This document shows positions 18,353-27,754 of a stretch of DNA of 64,000 nt, piece by piece. How positions within the stretch are numbered: position 1 is the first letter of the stretch; the number at the start of each line of letters is the position of its first letter. This DNA comes from Pseudomonadales bacterium. Its GTDB lineage: Bacteria > Pseudomonadota > Gammaproteobacteria > Pseudomonadales > Balneatricaceae. The position numbers and the translations under genes were made by a program. The notes beneath the pieces are model-generated. The model made no database searches. It was given only the letters and a program-made list of their open reading frames with translations, and was not told where the DNA came from. The DNA lies in NCBI GenBank assembly GCA_049625185.1, contig JBMZUZ010000007.1:32704-96703 (forward strand), in the 5' to 3' direction.

Positions 18353-20113
18353 ATGGTTGCTACTCTGCAAGATATACCTACCACTAAGCCACAAACACCT
18401 TTGTTGGATGCTCTCCAAGGGGTAGATGATCTACGCCAACTAGAAACACACCAGTTGCCACTTTTGGCGCAAGAGCTACGTCAGTATTTATTGTTTTGCG
18501 TGGGTCAAACGGGTGGTCACCTTGGTGCTGGTTTAGGGGTCGTCGAATTGACGATTGTTTTGCATTATCTGCTCAATACGCCCCATGACCGGCTGATTTG
18601 GGATGTGGGTCATCAGGCTTATCCCCATAAAATTCTTACTGGACGCAAAGATGCCATGCTGAGTATGCGGCAGGCGGGTGGTTTATCGCCTTTCCCTAAG
18701 CGCGAAGAAAGCCCCTTTGACTGTTTTGGAGTCGGCCATGCCAGTACGTCTATTAGCGCTTTATTAGGTATGGCACTTATTGATGGCGAACAGCTGCAGC
18801 ACGTCGCTGTGGTGGGTGATGGCGCCTTAACCGGTGGTATGGCCTTTGAAGCATTAAATCATATGGCCCAAAGTCAGGCCAATGGGCTGGTAATTGTTAA
18901 TGATAATGATATGTCCATCAATGCGAATCAGGGTGGCTTAGCAAAATTCCTCGATGAAACAGGATCAGAGGGCGGTCCTAAGTCTTGGTTTACCGCCTTG
19001 GGCTTTACTTATGTCGGGCCTATTGATGGCCACGATATATCTAGCTTAATGAAGCATATTCAGGACTTGTTACAATTGCCAGGGCCAAAACTATTGCATA
19101 TCCATACGGTTAAAGGACGTGGTTATTTGGCTGCCGAACAGGACCCTGTTGGTTATCATGCTATAGATAAGATTGACCCCATTGCCAAGGTACCCTCTCC
19201 GAAGACAGCTACTTATGCCAATATTTTTGGCCAATGGGCATGCCATGTAGCGGCTCAGGATCCACGCCTACAAGTTATTACCCCTGCTATGGCTGGTGGT
19301 TCTGGGTTGTCAGCTTTTGCTAGTCAATTTCCTAAGCAGTTACATGATGTTGCTATTGCTGAACAACATGCTATTACCCTAGCGGCTGGTATGGCCTGTG
19401 CTGGTGCTAAGCCTGTTGTGGCCATTTATTCGACCTTTCTCCAACGTGGTTATGATCAGTTGGTTCATGATGTGGCTTTGCAAAATTTGGATGTGCTATT
19501 TGCCGTTGACCGTGCGGGGGTGGTTGGTGAAGATGGCGCTACACATACAGGGGCCTATGATATTAGTTACTTAGCCTGCGTTCCAAATTTAGTGCTGATG
19601 GCACCCAGTAGTGCTCAGGAAGCTATGAGCCTATTGCAACTGGGTTATGAGCATAACGGCCCTGCCGTGGTTCGCTATCCCCGGGGTGAGGCATCTGCAG
19701 GGTTGCCAGTAGTAGATATAAAGATTGGTGAATCACATTTACTGCGCAAGGGCAGTAAGGTGGCCATACTTAACTTTGGGGCTTTATTAGCCGCAGCTGA
19801 AGAAGCGGCCAATAGCCTAGATGCTACTTTAGTCGATATGCGCTTTATAAAGCCTTTGGATACCAATAGGCTAGAGCAGCTTTTAGATCATAATATATGG
19901 GTAACCTTGGAAGACCATGCAAGAACAGGTGGGGCAGGTGGACTGGTTGCCCAATGGTTAGCCCAACAAGTTCATGCTAAGCGGCCTAAGTTAATCAATT
20001 TAGGTCTGCCTGATAAGGTATTAGCCCATGCAACCCGGGAGCAAGTTCTTGCTGATTCCGGGCTCACAGCCACAGAAATTGTAAAAACTATTCAGGCTGA
20101 CCTGGCCGTCTAA
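18353..20113 (+). CDS. dxs: 1-deoxy-D-xylulose-5-phosphate synthase
   Basis: GGHLGAGLGVVELT and the ThDP motif GDGALTGGMAFEALN…NDNDMSI. It belongs to the xseB-ispA-dxs operon. At 586 aa it is short; see findings. Confidence 0.93.
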   Translation: MVATLQDIPTTKPQTPLLDALQGVDDLRQLETHQLPLLAQELRQYLLFCVGQTGGHLGAGLGVVELTIVLHYLLNTPHDRLIWDVGHQAYPHKILTGRKDAMLSMRQAGGLSPFPKREESPFDCFGVGHASTSISALLGMALIDGEQLQHVAVVGDGALTGGMAFEALNHMAQSQANGLVIVNDNDMSINANQGGLAKFLDETGSEGGPKSWFTALGFTYVGPIDGHDISSLMKHIQDLLQLPGPKLLHIHTVKGRGYLAAEQDPVGYHAIDKIDPIAKVPSPKTATYANIFGQWACHVAAQDPRLQVITPAMAGGSGLSAFASQFPKQLHDVAIAEQHAITLAAGMACAGAKPVVAIYSTFLQRGYDQLVHDVALQNLDVLFAVDRAGVVGEDGATHTGAYDISYLACVPNLVLMAPSSAQEAMSLLQLGYEHNGPAVVRYPRGEASAGLPVVDIKIGESHLLRKGSKVAILNFGALLAAAEEAANSLDATLVDMRFIKPLDTNRLEQLLDHNIWVTLEDHARTGGAGGLVAQWLAQQVHAKRPKLINLGLPDKVLAHATREQVLADSGLTATEIVKTIQADLAV

Positions 20114-20701
20114 TTAATCTAATAGGTGATCAAGTTTGCTGGCTTTGGTGGCTAAATATCCATCATTATGGCTGTTTTTGCCTACCTGAATCGCTTCACG
20201 TTCCAGTACGGTTATACCCAGATCAGTTAAAGCTTTTATCTTGCGGGGGTTATTTGTCATTAGGCGCACAGAGGCCACACCTAGATGGTCGAGCATGGTT
20301 TTAGCCATTTCATAGCTACGTTCATCAGCGTTAAAACCCAGTTTCTCGTTGGCCTCTACAGTATCCGCACCTTGATCTTGTAAGTTGTAAGCTTTGATTT
20401 TGTTTAGCAGACCAATGCCACGACCTTCTTGGCGTAAATACAGAAGAACACCTTGACCCTGCTCGGCAATTCTTTTTAGGGCTTCATTAAGTTGTGAGCC
20501 ACAGTCGCAACGCATGCTAAATAAGGCATCTCCCGTTAGGCATTCAGAATGCAGTCTGATCAACACGCCTGACTCTGATGCTAACTCACCCATGGAGAGG
20601 GCAATATGCTCTTTTCCGGTGTCACTATCGGCGAATCCGTGCATGGCAAAAGTGCCATAGGGGGTTGGTAATTGGGATGTGGCAATATGTGTAACTGACA
20701 C
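20114..20701 (-). CDS. ribA: GTP cyclohydrolase II (monofunctional RibA)
   Basis: 195 aa. Zinc/catalytic region [23 protein letters not shown], and [14 protein letters not shown]. Confidence 0.92.
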   Translation of the reverse strand: MSVTHIATSQLPTPYGTFAMHGFADSDTGKEHIALSMGELASESGVLIRLHSECLTGDALFSMRCDCGSQLNEALKRIAEQGQGVLLYLRQEGRGIGLLNKIKAYNLQDQGADTVEANEKLGFNADERSYEMAKTMLDHLGVASVRLMTNNPRKIKALTDLGITVLEREAIQVGKNSHNDGYLATKASKLDHLLD

Positions 20702-20934
20702 TAGTTGGCCTCTAATAAATTGGGGGAAATAGCCCTGTTTTGTGGGGTGGCTACATTAGCATAATTGCCAAATAGGCAAAATATTTGCCCAGATACATTT
20801 ACGTACATTTTACATTGTTATGGGCATTGTGTCTGATTCACAAGTTTTTTCTTTAGACTGGCTCAATTTACGCACCAGAAACAGTTATAATTGCTGACTA
20901 TAACTTCTGCTTTAATCTTTATTACAGGTGCTGA

Positions 20935-22593
20935 ATGGCTCAATTTGTCTATACCATGAATCGTGTTGGGAAGGTGGTTCCTCCAAAACGTGAAATCCTA
21001 AAAGATATTTCCCTATCGTTTTTCCCAGGTGCCAAAATTGGTGTCTTGGGTCTGAATGGCTCTGGTAAATCCACTTTGTTAAAAATTATGGCAGGTGAGG
21101 ACCAAGAGTATAATGGTGAAGCACGGGCGCAAACTGGCATAAATGTCGGTTATCTGCCCCAAGAGCCCCATCTTGATGATAGTAAAACCGTGCGTGAAGT
21201 GGTTGAAGAAGCCCTTAGTGATGCCACTGATGCCCTAGTAAAACTAGATGAAGTATATGCTGCTTATGCCGACCCGGATGCTGACTTTGAGGCCTTGGCG
21301 GCTGAGCAAGCACGCTTAGAGAATATTATTCAGGCCACAGACGCCCATAATCTGGAACGCACTTTAGAAGTGGCAGCAGATGCCTTACGTTTACCAGATT
21401 GGGAGGCTAAGATTGTCCACTTGTCTGGTGGTGAACGCCGCCGTGTGGCCTTATGCCGCTTGCTACTAAGCAAACCAGATATGCTATTACTGGACGAGCC
21501 GACCAACCACTTGGATGCTGAATCTGTGGCTTGGTTAGAGCGCTTTTTGGTGGATTACAACGGCACAGTGGTAGCCATTACCCACGACCGTTATTTCCTA
21601 GATAATGCCGCTGGCTGGATTCTGGAATTAGACCGAGGTCATGGCATTCCTTATGAGGGCAATTATTCCTCTTGGTTAGAGCAGAAAGAACAACGCTTAA
21701 TACAAGAAGGTAGACAACAAGCATCCCATGAAAAAGCTGTAAAGTCGGAATTGGAATGGGTGCGCAGTAATGCCAAAGGCAGACAGGCTAAATCCAAGGC
21801 CCGTTTAGCGCGCTTTGATGAGCTAAATTCGCGGGAATTCCAAACCCGTAATGAAACCCAAGAGATTTATATTCCACCAGGGCCTCGTTTAGGCGATAAA
21901 GTTATCGAGGTGCAAAGTGTCGGCAAAGCCTTTGGTGATAAGGTGTTAGTTGATGACTTAAGCTTTAGTATGCCAGCTGGTGCCATAGTCGGGGTGGTCG
22001 GTGGTAATGGTGCCGGTAAATCGACGCTGTTTAAAATGCTCACCGGCGAAGAGCAACCAGATAGTGGTAGTATCGATATTGGTAGCACCGTCGAGTTAGC
22101 CTATGTGGATCAAATGCGTGAGTTAGATGGTTCGAAAACAGTTTGGGAAGAGCTATCCGATGGGCAGGATATTATTACCGTCGGTAACTATCAGGTACCT
22201 TCACGAGCCTATGCTGGGCGCTTTAATTTTAAGGGTTCAGACCAACAGAAATTTGTCCAAGACCTTTCTGGTGGTGAACGCAACCGTTTGCATTTAGCCA
22301 AGCTATTAAAGCAGGGTGGCAATGTCTTATTATTAGACGAACCTACTAACGATTTGGATGTGGAAACCTTGCGCGCTTTGGAAGAAGCCTTATTAGCTTT
22401 CCCTGGTGCAGCTGTTGTTATATCTCACGATCGCTGGTTCCTAGACCGTATTTGTACCCATATTCTTGGTTACGAAGGCGATTCCAAAGCGACCTTCTTT
22501 ACCGGTAACTATTCTGAGTACGCTGAGGACTATAAGCAACGCACAGGTAAAGACCATCAGCCCACACGGGTGAAGTACAAAAAGCTAGCCTAA
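20935..22593 (+). CDS. ettA: Energy-dependent translational throttle protein EttA (ABC-F)
   Basis: 552 aa with two ABC cassettes (GLNGSGKST / GGNGAGKST; LSGGERRRVAL / LSGGERNRLHL) and no TM domain. The N-terminus MAQFVYTMNRVGKVVPPKR is typical of EttA. Confidence 0.92.
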   Translation: MAQFVYTMNRVGKVVPPKREILKDISLSFFPGAKIGVLGLNGSGKSTLLKIMAGEDQEYNGEARAQTGINVGYLPQEPHLDDSKTVREVVEEALSDATDALVKLDEVYAAYADPDADFEALAAEQARLENIIQATDAHNLERTLEVAADALRLPDWEAKIVHLSGGERRRVALCRLLLSKPDMLLLDEPTNHLDAESVAWLERFLVDYNGTVVAITHDRYFLDNAAGWILELDRGHGIPYEGNYSSWLEQKEQRLIQEGRQQASHEKAVKSELEWVRSNAKGRQAKSKARLARFDELNSREFQTRNETQEIYIPPGPRLGDKVIEVQSVGKAFGDKVLVDDLSFSMPAGAIVGVVGGNGAGKSTLFKMLTGEEQPDSGSIDIGSTVELAYVDQMRELDGSKTVWEELSDGQDIITVGNYQVPSRAYAGRFNFKGSDQQKFVQDLSGGERNRLHLAKLLKQGGNVLLLDEPTNDLDVETLRALEEALLAFPGAAVVISHDRWFLDRICTHILGYEGDSKATFFTGNYSEYAEDYKQRTGKDHQPTRVKYKKLA

Positions 22594-22629
22594 TAACAGA
22601 CTAGGCTAGTTAAAGAGTGAGGTAAATAG

Positions 22630-23454
22630 TTAGGTAAACAGTTTTGCCAATGCTTGTGAGCGCTCATAAGCAGCCTGCATAGCATTGGCAACCGTTTCCT
22701 CATAATCATTGTCGGCGAAACTATTAAGGGCAGCTTCCGTAGTGCCTTTGGGTGATGTTACTGCAACCCGTAATTGTGCGGGAGATTGTGTACCTGTTTG
22801 AGCCATACAGGCGGCACCTTCAGCTGTTTGTAATACTAAGGCTGTAGCCTGTTCCTTGTTGAGTCCTAATTGTTGGGCGCTGGTAATCATCGCTTCCATC
22901 ATTAAAAAATAGTAAGCAGGCCCACTGCCTGAGACGGCAGTTACGGCATCAATTATGGCTTCGTCATCCAGCCAGATACTAATGCCAACAGCTTGCATAA
23001 TTTGCTCGGCGATGGTTTTTTGCTGGCGGCTCACATGACTATTAGCATATAGGCCACTGGCACCTTTACCAACCAAAGATGGCGTATTGGGCATACATCT
23101 TACTGTAGGGCATTCCTTGCCAAGCCAGCTATTTATACTATCAGCAAGAATACCCGCAGCAACCGAAATAATAAGATGGTGTTGTGGATCAATGGCATCC
23201 TTGAGCTGGCTCACTGTCTCTTGCATCATCTGCGGTTTAACAGCCAAGATAATAATATCAGCCTGTTGACAGGCTGCTTGGTTATCCGTACTTGTGCGAA
23301 TGCCAGCCTCGGCTGATAGTGTTGCCAACTTAGCGGGTGTGCGACCTGTAGCAATAATGCTGTCGGCCGCATAGCCTTGATTTAGCAATCCTTTGATAAT
23401 GGCCTGTGCCATATTGCCGGCACCAATAAAGGTAATGGTTGGCGTTGATGACAT
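22630..23454 (-). CDS. proC: Pyrroline-5-carboxylate reductase
   Basis: 274 aa. Rossmann motif ITFIGAGNMAQAI and C-terminal VTSPKGTTEAAL. Confidence 0.92.
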   Translation of the reverse strand: MSSTPTITFIGAGNMAQAIIKGLLNQGYAADSIIATGRTPAKLATLSAEAGIRTSTDNQAACQQADIIILAVKPQMMQETVSQLKDAIDPQHHLIISVAAGILADSINSWLGKECPTVRCMPNTPSLVGKGASGLYANSHVSRQQKTIAEQIMQAVGISIWLDDEAIIDAVTAVSGSGPAYYFLMMEAMITSAQQLGLNKEQATALVLQTAEGAACMAQTGTQSPAQLRVAVTSPKGTTEAALNSFADNDYEETVANAMQAAYERSQALAKLFT

Positions 23455-23492
23455 AATGATTTCCTCTACTAAATTGGGCTACTAGCAATCAC

Positions 23493-24176
23493 TTAATTAC
23501 GGGCCCCAAATATATCCGTACCAATGCGCACCATGGTTGCGCCATGGGCAATGGCTAATTCTAAGTCAGCTGACATACCCATAGAAAGCTCTGTTAACTG
23601 CGGGTATGTTTGTTGTAATTGCTGTTGTGCTTTAGCCATATCAGCAAATGCTTGCTCTTGTTCTACTTGGGTTTGATTAGCTGCTGGGATACACATCAGA
23701 CCTGCTAGCTCTAGCCTAGGCAAGGCATTTACTTTGGCTGCAAGGCTGGGTAAGTCAGCCAAACTTACCCCAGACTTATTAGCTTCACTACTAATATTAA
23801 CTTGTAGGCATACTTTTAATGGTGGTAGCTCAGCAGGGCGCTGGTCGTTTAGACGTTGGGCGATCTTTTCCCGTTCAATAGTGTGTACCCAAGCAAAATT
23901 TTCCGCTATAGAGCGGGTTTTGTTGCTTTGCACGGCGCCAATAAAATGCCACACAATATCTTTGTGAGAGTTGGCTGAAATTTTATCCAAAGCATCCTGC
24001 AGATAATTTTCACCAAAGTGACGTTGGCCTTGGTCGTATGCTTCTAGCACCATGTTTAAGGGTTTGGTTTTGCTCACAGCAACCAGTATTACTTGATCAT
24101 AGTTATGGCCCTTAGATTTGATGCAGGCGTTATTTATGCGAGCTTGGACGGACAGTAATTGTTGAGAAATACTCAT
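23493..24176 (-). CDS. yggS: PLP homeostasis protein YggS
   Basis: 227 aa. It has the VAVSKTKP PLP-lysine motif and sits in the conserved yggS-proC-yggT neighbourhood. Confidence 0.9.
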   Translation of the reverse strand: MSISQQLLSVQARINNACIKSKGHNYDQVILVAVSKTKPLNMVLEAYDQGQRHFGENYLQDALDKISANSHKDIVWHFIGAVQSNKTRSIAENFAWVHTIEREKIAQRLNDQRPAELPPLKVCLQVNISSEANKSGVSLADLPSLAAKVNALPRLELAGLMCIPAANQTQVEQEQAFADMAKAQQQLQQTYPQLTELSMGMSADLELAIAHGATMVRIGTDIFGARN

Positions 24177-24417
24177 GATTTTCTAGTGGTTTCTTTATCA
24201 GGACTCATTGTAACCTTTATAAAACAAATATTAAGCTTTTTTAAATCTAGCGACATGCATTATCGTTTTTGGTACTTAGGGCTTGTAGTTATTAGGTATA
24301 ATTTATAGCATACCAATACGATATATGTCTGTGATTGTGTCAAACAACAACTATCTTACATAAAAATAATTACCGCAGTGGTGGTATTTAACCGACTTAT
24401 ACAGAGAGTATTTTGCT

Positions 24418-25197
24418 GTGAATGAAGCCAATAAACCCGTTATCGAAGTCCGTGGACTGCACAAATCATATGCCGAACTGGATGTGATTAAAGGTGTTGA
24501 TCTGGTTGCTCCACGTGGCCATGTGATTAGTCTTATCGGTTCTTCAGGCTCTGGTAAATCAACCCTTTTACGTTGTGTTAACTTGCTTGAATTTAGCCAG
24601 CATGGCGATATTCTATTTGAGGATGAGAGCGTGGAATGGGGTGGTGAAGGTATGGATCGTCACCCAGCAAATGCAGCGCAGTTACTGCGTATGCGCACCA
24701 ACCTATCAATGGTGTTTCAGCAATTTAATCTATGGTCGCATATGACCATTCTGCAAAATGTTATGGAAGCACCAGTAACTGTTCTGGGGCGCAATAAAGC
24801 AGAAGTTGAAGAGCGGGCTAGGCATTATTTAACCAAGGTTGGTATCGGTGATAAATGTGATGTTTATCCTGCGCAGTTGTCTGGTGGTCAACAACAGCGT
24901 GCAGCCATTGCCCGAGCTCTATGCATGGAGCCGCGGGCACTATTGCTTGATGAGCCAACCTCTGCCCTTGATCCGGAACTGCAGCAGGAAGTAATCAAGG
25001 TAATTAAAGATCTTGCCGCAGAAGATCGCACTATGATTTTAGTAACCCACGATATGAATCTGGCTCGAGATGTATCAGATCATGTTGTTTTTTTACATCA
25101 GGGTAAGATTGAAGAACAAGGCGCTCCTGCTGAGTTATTTGGTAACCCTGAAAGCCAACGTTTGCAACAGTTCTTAAGTGCAACCATTGCAGCGTAA
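24418..25197 (+). CDS. Polar amino acid ABC transporter ATP-binding protein (HisP/OccP-like)
   Basis: GTG start. Motifs: Walker A GSSGSGKST, Q-loop MVFQQFNLW, signature LSGGQQQRAAIARAL, Walker B LLLDEPTSALD. Confidence 0.88.
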   Translation: MNEANKPVIEVRGLHKSYAELDVIKGVDLVAPRGHVISLIGSSGSGKSTLLRCVNLLEFSQHGDILFEDESVEWGGEGMDRHPANAAQLLRMRTNLSMVFQQFNLWSHMTILQNVMEAPVTVLGRNKAEVEERARHYLTKVGIGDKCDVYPAQLSGGQQQRAAIARALCMEPRALLLDEPTSALDPELQQEVIKVIKDLAAEDRTMILVTHDMNLARDVSDHVVFLHQGKIEEQGAPAELFGNPESQRLQQFLSATIAA

Positions 25198-25224
25198 ATA
25201 ATAACGAAAAAGAGGATCTATAGT

Positions 25225-25932
25225 TTGAAGAAACTTCTATTAACAGCTGCGTTTATGGCAGCAGCAAGTCCAGCTTTTGCTGACGATGTGGTACGTATGG
25301 GCACCGAAGGCGCCTACCCTCCGTACAATTTTATTAATGATGCAGGTGAAGTTGATGGTATGGAGCGCGCCTTGGGCGATGAGCTATGTCGTCGTGCTGA
25401 ATTAACGTGTGAGTGGGTAACCAATGATTGGGATTCAATTATTCCCAACTTGGTTTCCGGTAACTATGACACCATTATCGCTGGTATGTCCGTTACTGCA
25501 GAACGTGATCAGGTTATCGACTTCTCTGAAGAATATATTCCACCTGAGCCTTCTGGCTATTTAGTAATGGATGCTGGTGTAGATGTTAGCCAAGCTGTTA
25601 TTGCAGCTCAAGCAGCGACTATTCAAGCAGCATTTGTTGCAGCCCAAGGTTGGACTTTGGTTGAATACGCTTCACCAGAAGAAACCATTGCTGCCGTGCG
25701 TAATGGCGAGGCTGATGCAGTATTAGCAGATAGCTCTTTCCTAGAGGGTCATGCTAACGACGGTTTGCAATTCCTCGATCGTAAAGAATCCATTGGCGGT
25801 GGTGTTGCCATTGGTTTACGTGAATCAGATGGTGAATTGCGTGCTAAGTTGAACGCAGCTATTCAGTCAATGAAAGCTGACGGTTCCCTTAACAAGTTGA
25901 TTGTTGAGTGGGAGGTTGGCTCTACCTGGTAA
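25225..25932 (+). CDS. Periplasmic substrate-binding protein, family 3 (polar amino acid / opine type)
   Basis: TTG start with AAGAGGA upstream. Signal peptide …AASPAFA-DD and the SBP_bac_3 pattern (MGTEGAYPPYNF, WDSIIPNLVSGNYD). Confidence 0.85.
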   Translation: MKKLLLTAAFMAAASPAFADDVVRMGTEGAYPPYNFINDAGEVDGMERALGDELCRRAELTCEWVTNDWDSIIPNLVSGNYDTIIAGMSVTAERDQVIDFSEEYIPPEPSGYLVMDAGVDVSQAVIAAQAATIQAAFVAAQGWTLVEYASPEETIAAVRNGEADAVLADSSFLEGHANDGLQFLDRKESIGGGVAIGLRESDGELRAKLNAAIQSMKADGSLNKLIVEWEVGSTW

Positions 25933-25947
25933 TCACCAGAGCCATAT

Positions 25948-26006
25948 GCTCTTTTGCCTTTTTTATTAAAACTTCTTGTAAGTCTCAATAACTGAGGCAA
26001 AAGAGC
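25948..26006 (+). repeat. Intercistronic 11-bp perfect inverted repeat (GCTCTTTTGCC … GGCAAAAGAGC) between the binding-protein and permease genes
   Basis: Read directly: arms at 25948-25958 and 25996-26006 with a 37-nt spacer. A competing small hairpin AGAGC-catat-GCTCT is followed by TTTGCCTTTTTT. Confidence 0.6.
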
Positions 26007-26016
26007 GGTATCCATT

Positions 26017-26883
26017 ATGTTTGAATTTTGTGCAGATCCGGCGTCTCTAGAAGGCGTTTCTTGGTTAGCTTGCTACCTTACAACAGGCAAGCATATGAAT
26101 CTTTACTGGTCTATTCTGACCGTGTTACTGCTTTTGTTAATAACAGCTCCGACAGCTTTATTGTTCGGCTTTGCGGGTGCATCTTCAGCACGAAGTAATG
26201 TTTTGCCTTTACGTTGGTTGGGGCAAACATACGTGGCTATAGTTCGGGGTGTGCCTGATATAGCCTTCTTTTTATTTTTTGTTATTGCCCTAGATCAAGG
26301 GTTTGAATACCTTCGTCATCAGGTATTGTGCCCAGAGTGGTCTGAACCAATTCGTCAGGGTAATGATTTTATTGTCTGTAAGGCGGCTAAGTTACCTTTA
26401 TCTACCTCACCTCAATGGGTACATGAAGTATATGGGTTTTTTCTTGCCGTGATTACTTTTGCCATCGTGTTTGGTGCTTTTGCTGCCAATGTCATATTAG
26501 GTGCTATGCGAGCTGTGCCTCAGGCGCAATTAGAGACTGCACAAGCCTATGGTATGAATCGTCGGCAAGTTTTTTGGCGCATCCTAGTGCCGCAAATGTG
26601 GCTTTATGCCCTGCCAGGCTTATCTAATCTGTGGGTTATTTTAATTAAAGCGACACCTTTGCTGTTTTTATTGGGTGTGGAAGATATTGTTTATTGGGCT
26701 CGGGAGTTGGGTGGTACGAAGAATGCTCGCTTTACCGATTACCCCCATGGCGATTGGCGCTTATGGTATTTCCTAGGATTATTGGTGTTTTATTTGGCAT
26801 TTACTTATGTTTCTGAACGGGTTCTAGCAAAAGTAAATCAACGTTTGTCACGTGGACAAGGTATTGTGGGAGCCAGCACATGA
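26017..26883 (+). CDS. Amino acid ABC transporter permease (HisQ/OccQ-like)
   Basis: 288 aa, multi-TM, with an EAA-like loop (ETAQAYGMNRRQVFWRILVPQM). The true start may be the internal MNLYWSIL at 26095. Confidence 0.8.
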   Translation: MFEFCADPASLEGVSWLACYLTTGKHMNLYWSILTVLLLLLITAPTALLFGFAGASSARSNVLPLRWLGQTYVAIVRGVPDIAFFLFFVIALDQGFEYLRHQVLCPEWSEPIRQGNDFIVCKAAKLPLSTSPQWVHEVYGFFLAVITFAIVFGAFAANVILGAMRAVPQAQLETAQAYGMNRRQVFWRILVPQMWLYALPGLSNLWVILIKATPLLFLLGVEDIVYWARELGGTKNARFTDYPHGDWRLWYFLGLLVFYLAFTYVSERVLAKVNQRLSRGQGIVGAST

Positions 26884-27683
26884 GTTGCTTAACGACTATT
26901 CAAGATTATGCACTGCGCTCAATTGGCTTTGGCAAGCGTTTATTACCCTCAAGTGATATTACTGTATGTGAACAATTTACCCTGATTGGTTCAGGTTTAA
27001 TTTGGAATATCTATTTTGGTGTACTAGCGCTTCTTGTGGGCTTCTTTTTAGCCTGCGCGTTGGCATTAGGTAAAAATTCACATGTGGTTTGGCTGCGTCG
27101 CCCAAGTGAAGGCTTTATTTTTCTATTTCGTGGGTCACCTCTATTTATCCAATTCTTTTTTGCTTACTTTGCGTTTTTGGCATTAAAGAAAGTTGGCTTA
27201 GTGCCTTGGTTAACCTCTGCTCAGGCGGGTGCACTGCTGGTGCTGGTGTTTAATACCGCGGCCTATTCTGCGGAAATTTTTTATGGCGCTTTGCAGGCTA
27301 TCCCCAAAGGCGACGTGGAAGCTGCTGATGCCTATGGGTTTTATGGCTGGAAGAAATTTAGACGTGTGGTGTGGCCGAGTATGTTACGTTTATCCTGGCC
27401 CGCTTATACCAATGAAGCGATTTTCTTGATGCATGCCACCACCCTGGTGTTTTTTAGTGGTTTCCCAGCCTGGCAACAAAAAGGTGATGCACTGTACTAT
27501 GCCAGCTATTTTGCAGATAAGACTTTTAATCCCTTTGTGCCTTATCCGATCTTAGCGGGCTACTTTATCTTACTGACTTTGGTCGTGATTGGCTGTTTTG
27601 GCTTAGTTAATCGGCGACTAAATCGCCACTTGCCAACAGGCCAACGCCAAAAGATGAAGCTAAGGCTGAATTTGATACGCTAG
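26880..27683 (+). CDS. Amino acid ABC transporter permease (HisM/OccM-like)
   Basis: 267 aa, multi-TM, with an EAA-like loop (EAADAYGFYGWKKFRRVVWPSM). It overlaps the upstream permease by 4 nt. Confidence 0.82.
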   Translation: MSCLTTIQDYALRSIGFGKRLLPSSDITVCEQFTLIGSGLIWNIYFGVLALLVGFFLACALALGKNSHVVWLRRPSEGFIFLFRGSPLFIQFFFAYFAFLALKKVGLVPWLTSAQAGALLVLVFNTAAYSAEIFYGALQAIPKGDVEAADAYGFYGWKKFRRVVWPSMLRLSWPAYTNEAIFLMHATTLVFFSGFPAWQQKGDALYYASYFADKTFNPFVPYPILAGYFILLTLVVIGCFGLVNRRLNRHLPTGQRQKMKLRLNLIR

Positions 27684-27754
27684 GAACTAGATTAGAATGC
27701 TGCCGGCTGCAAAATATGTCTATTGTAGCAGGCAGCTGTGCATGCTGAACATAA

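Noticed and set aside
20702-20934. Expected FMN (RFN) riboswitch upstream of ribA
   Set aside because: The minus-strand leader is short and shows none of the conserved RFN stems or sequence blocks that I can recall. It needs an Infernal scan to be certain.
27684-27754. Possible bidirectional terminator between the permease and outer-membrane protein genes (GCTGCC…GGCAGC)
   Set aside because: It has only about 6 bp of clean pairing with a loop longer than 25 nt, and no T-run on either strand. That is too weak to report as a feature.
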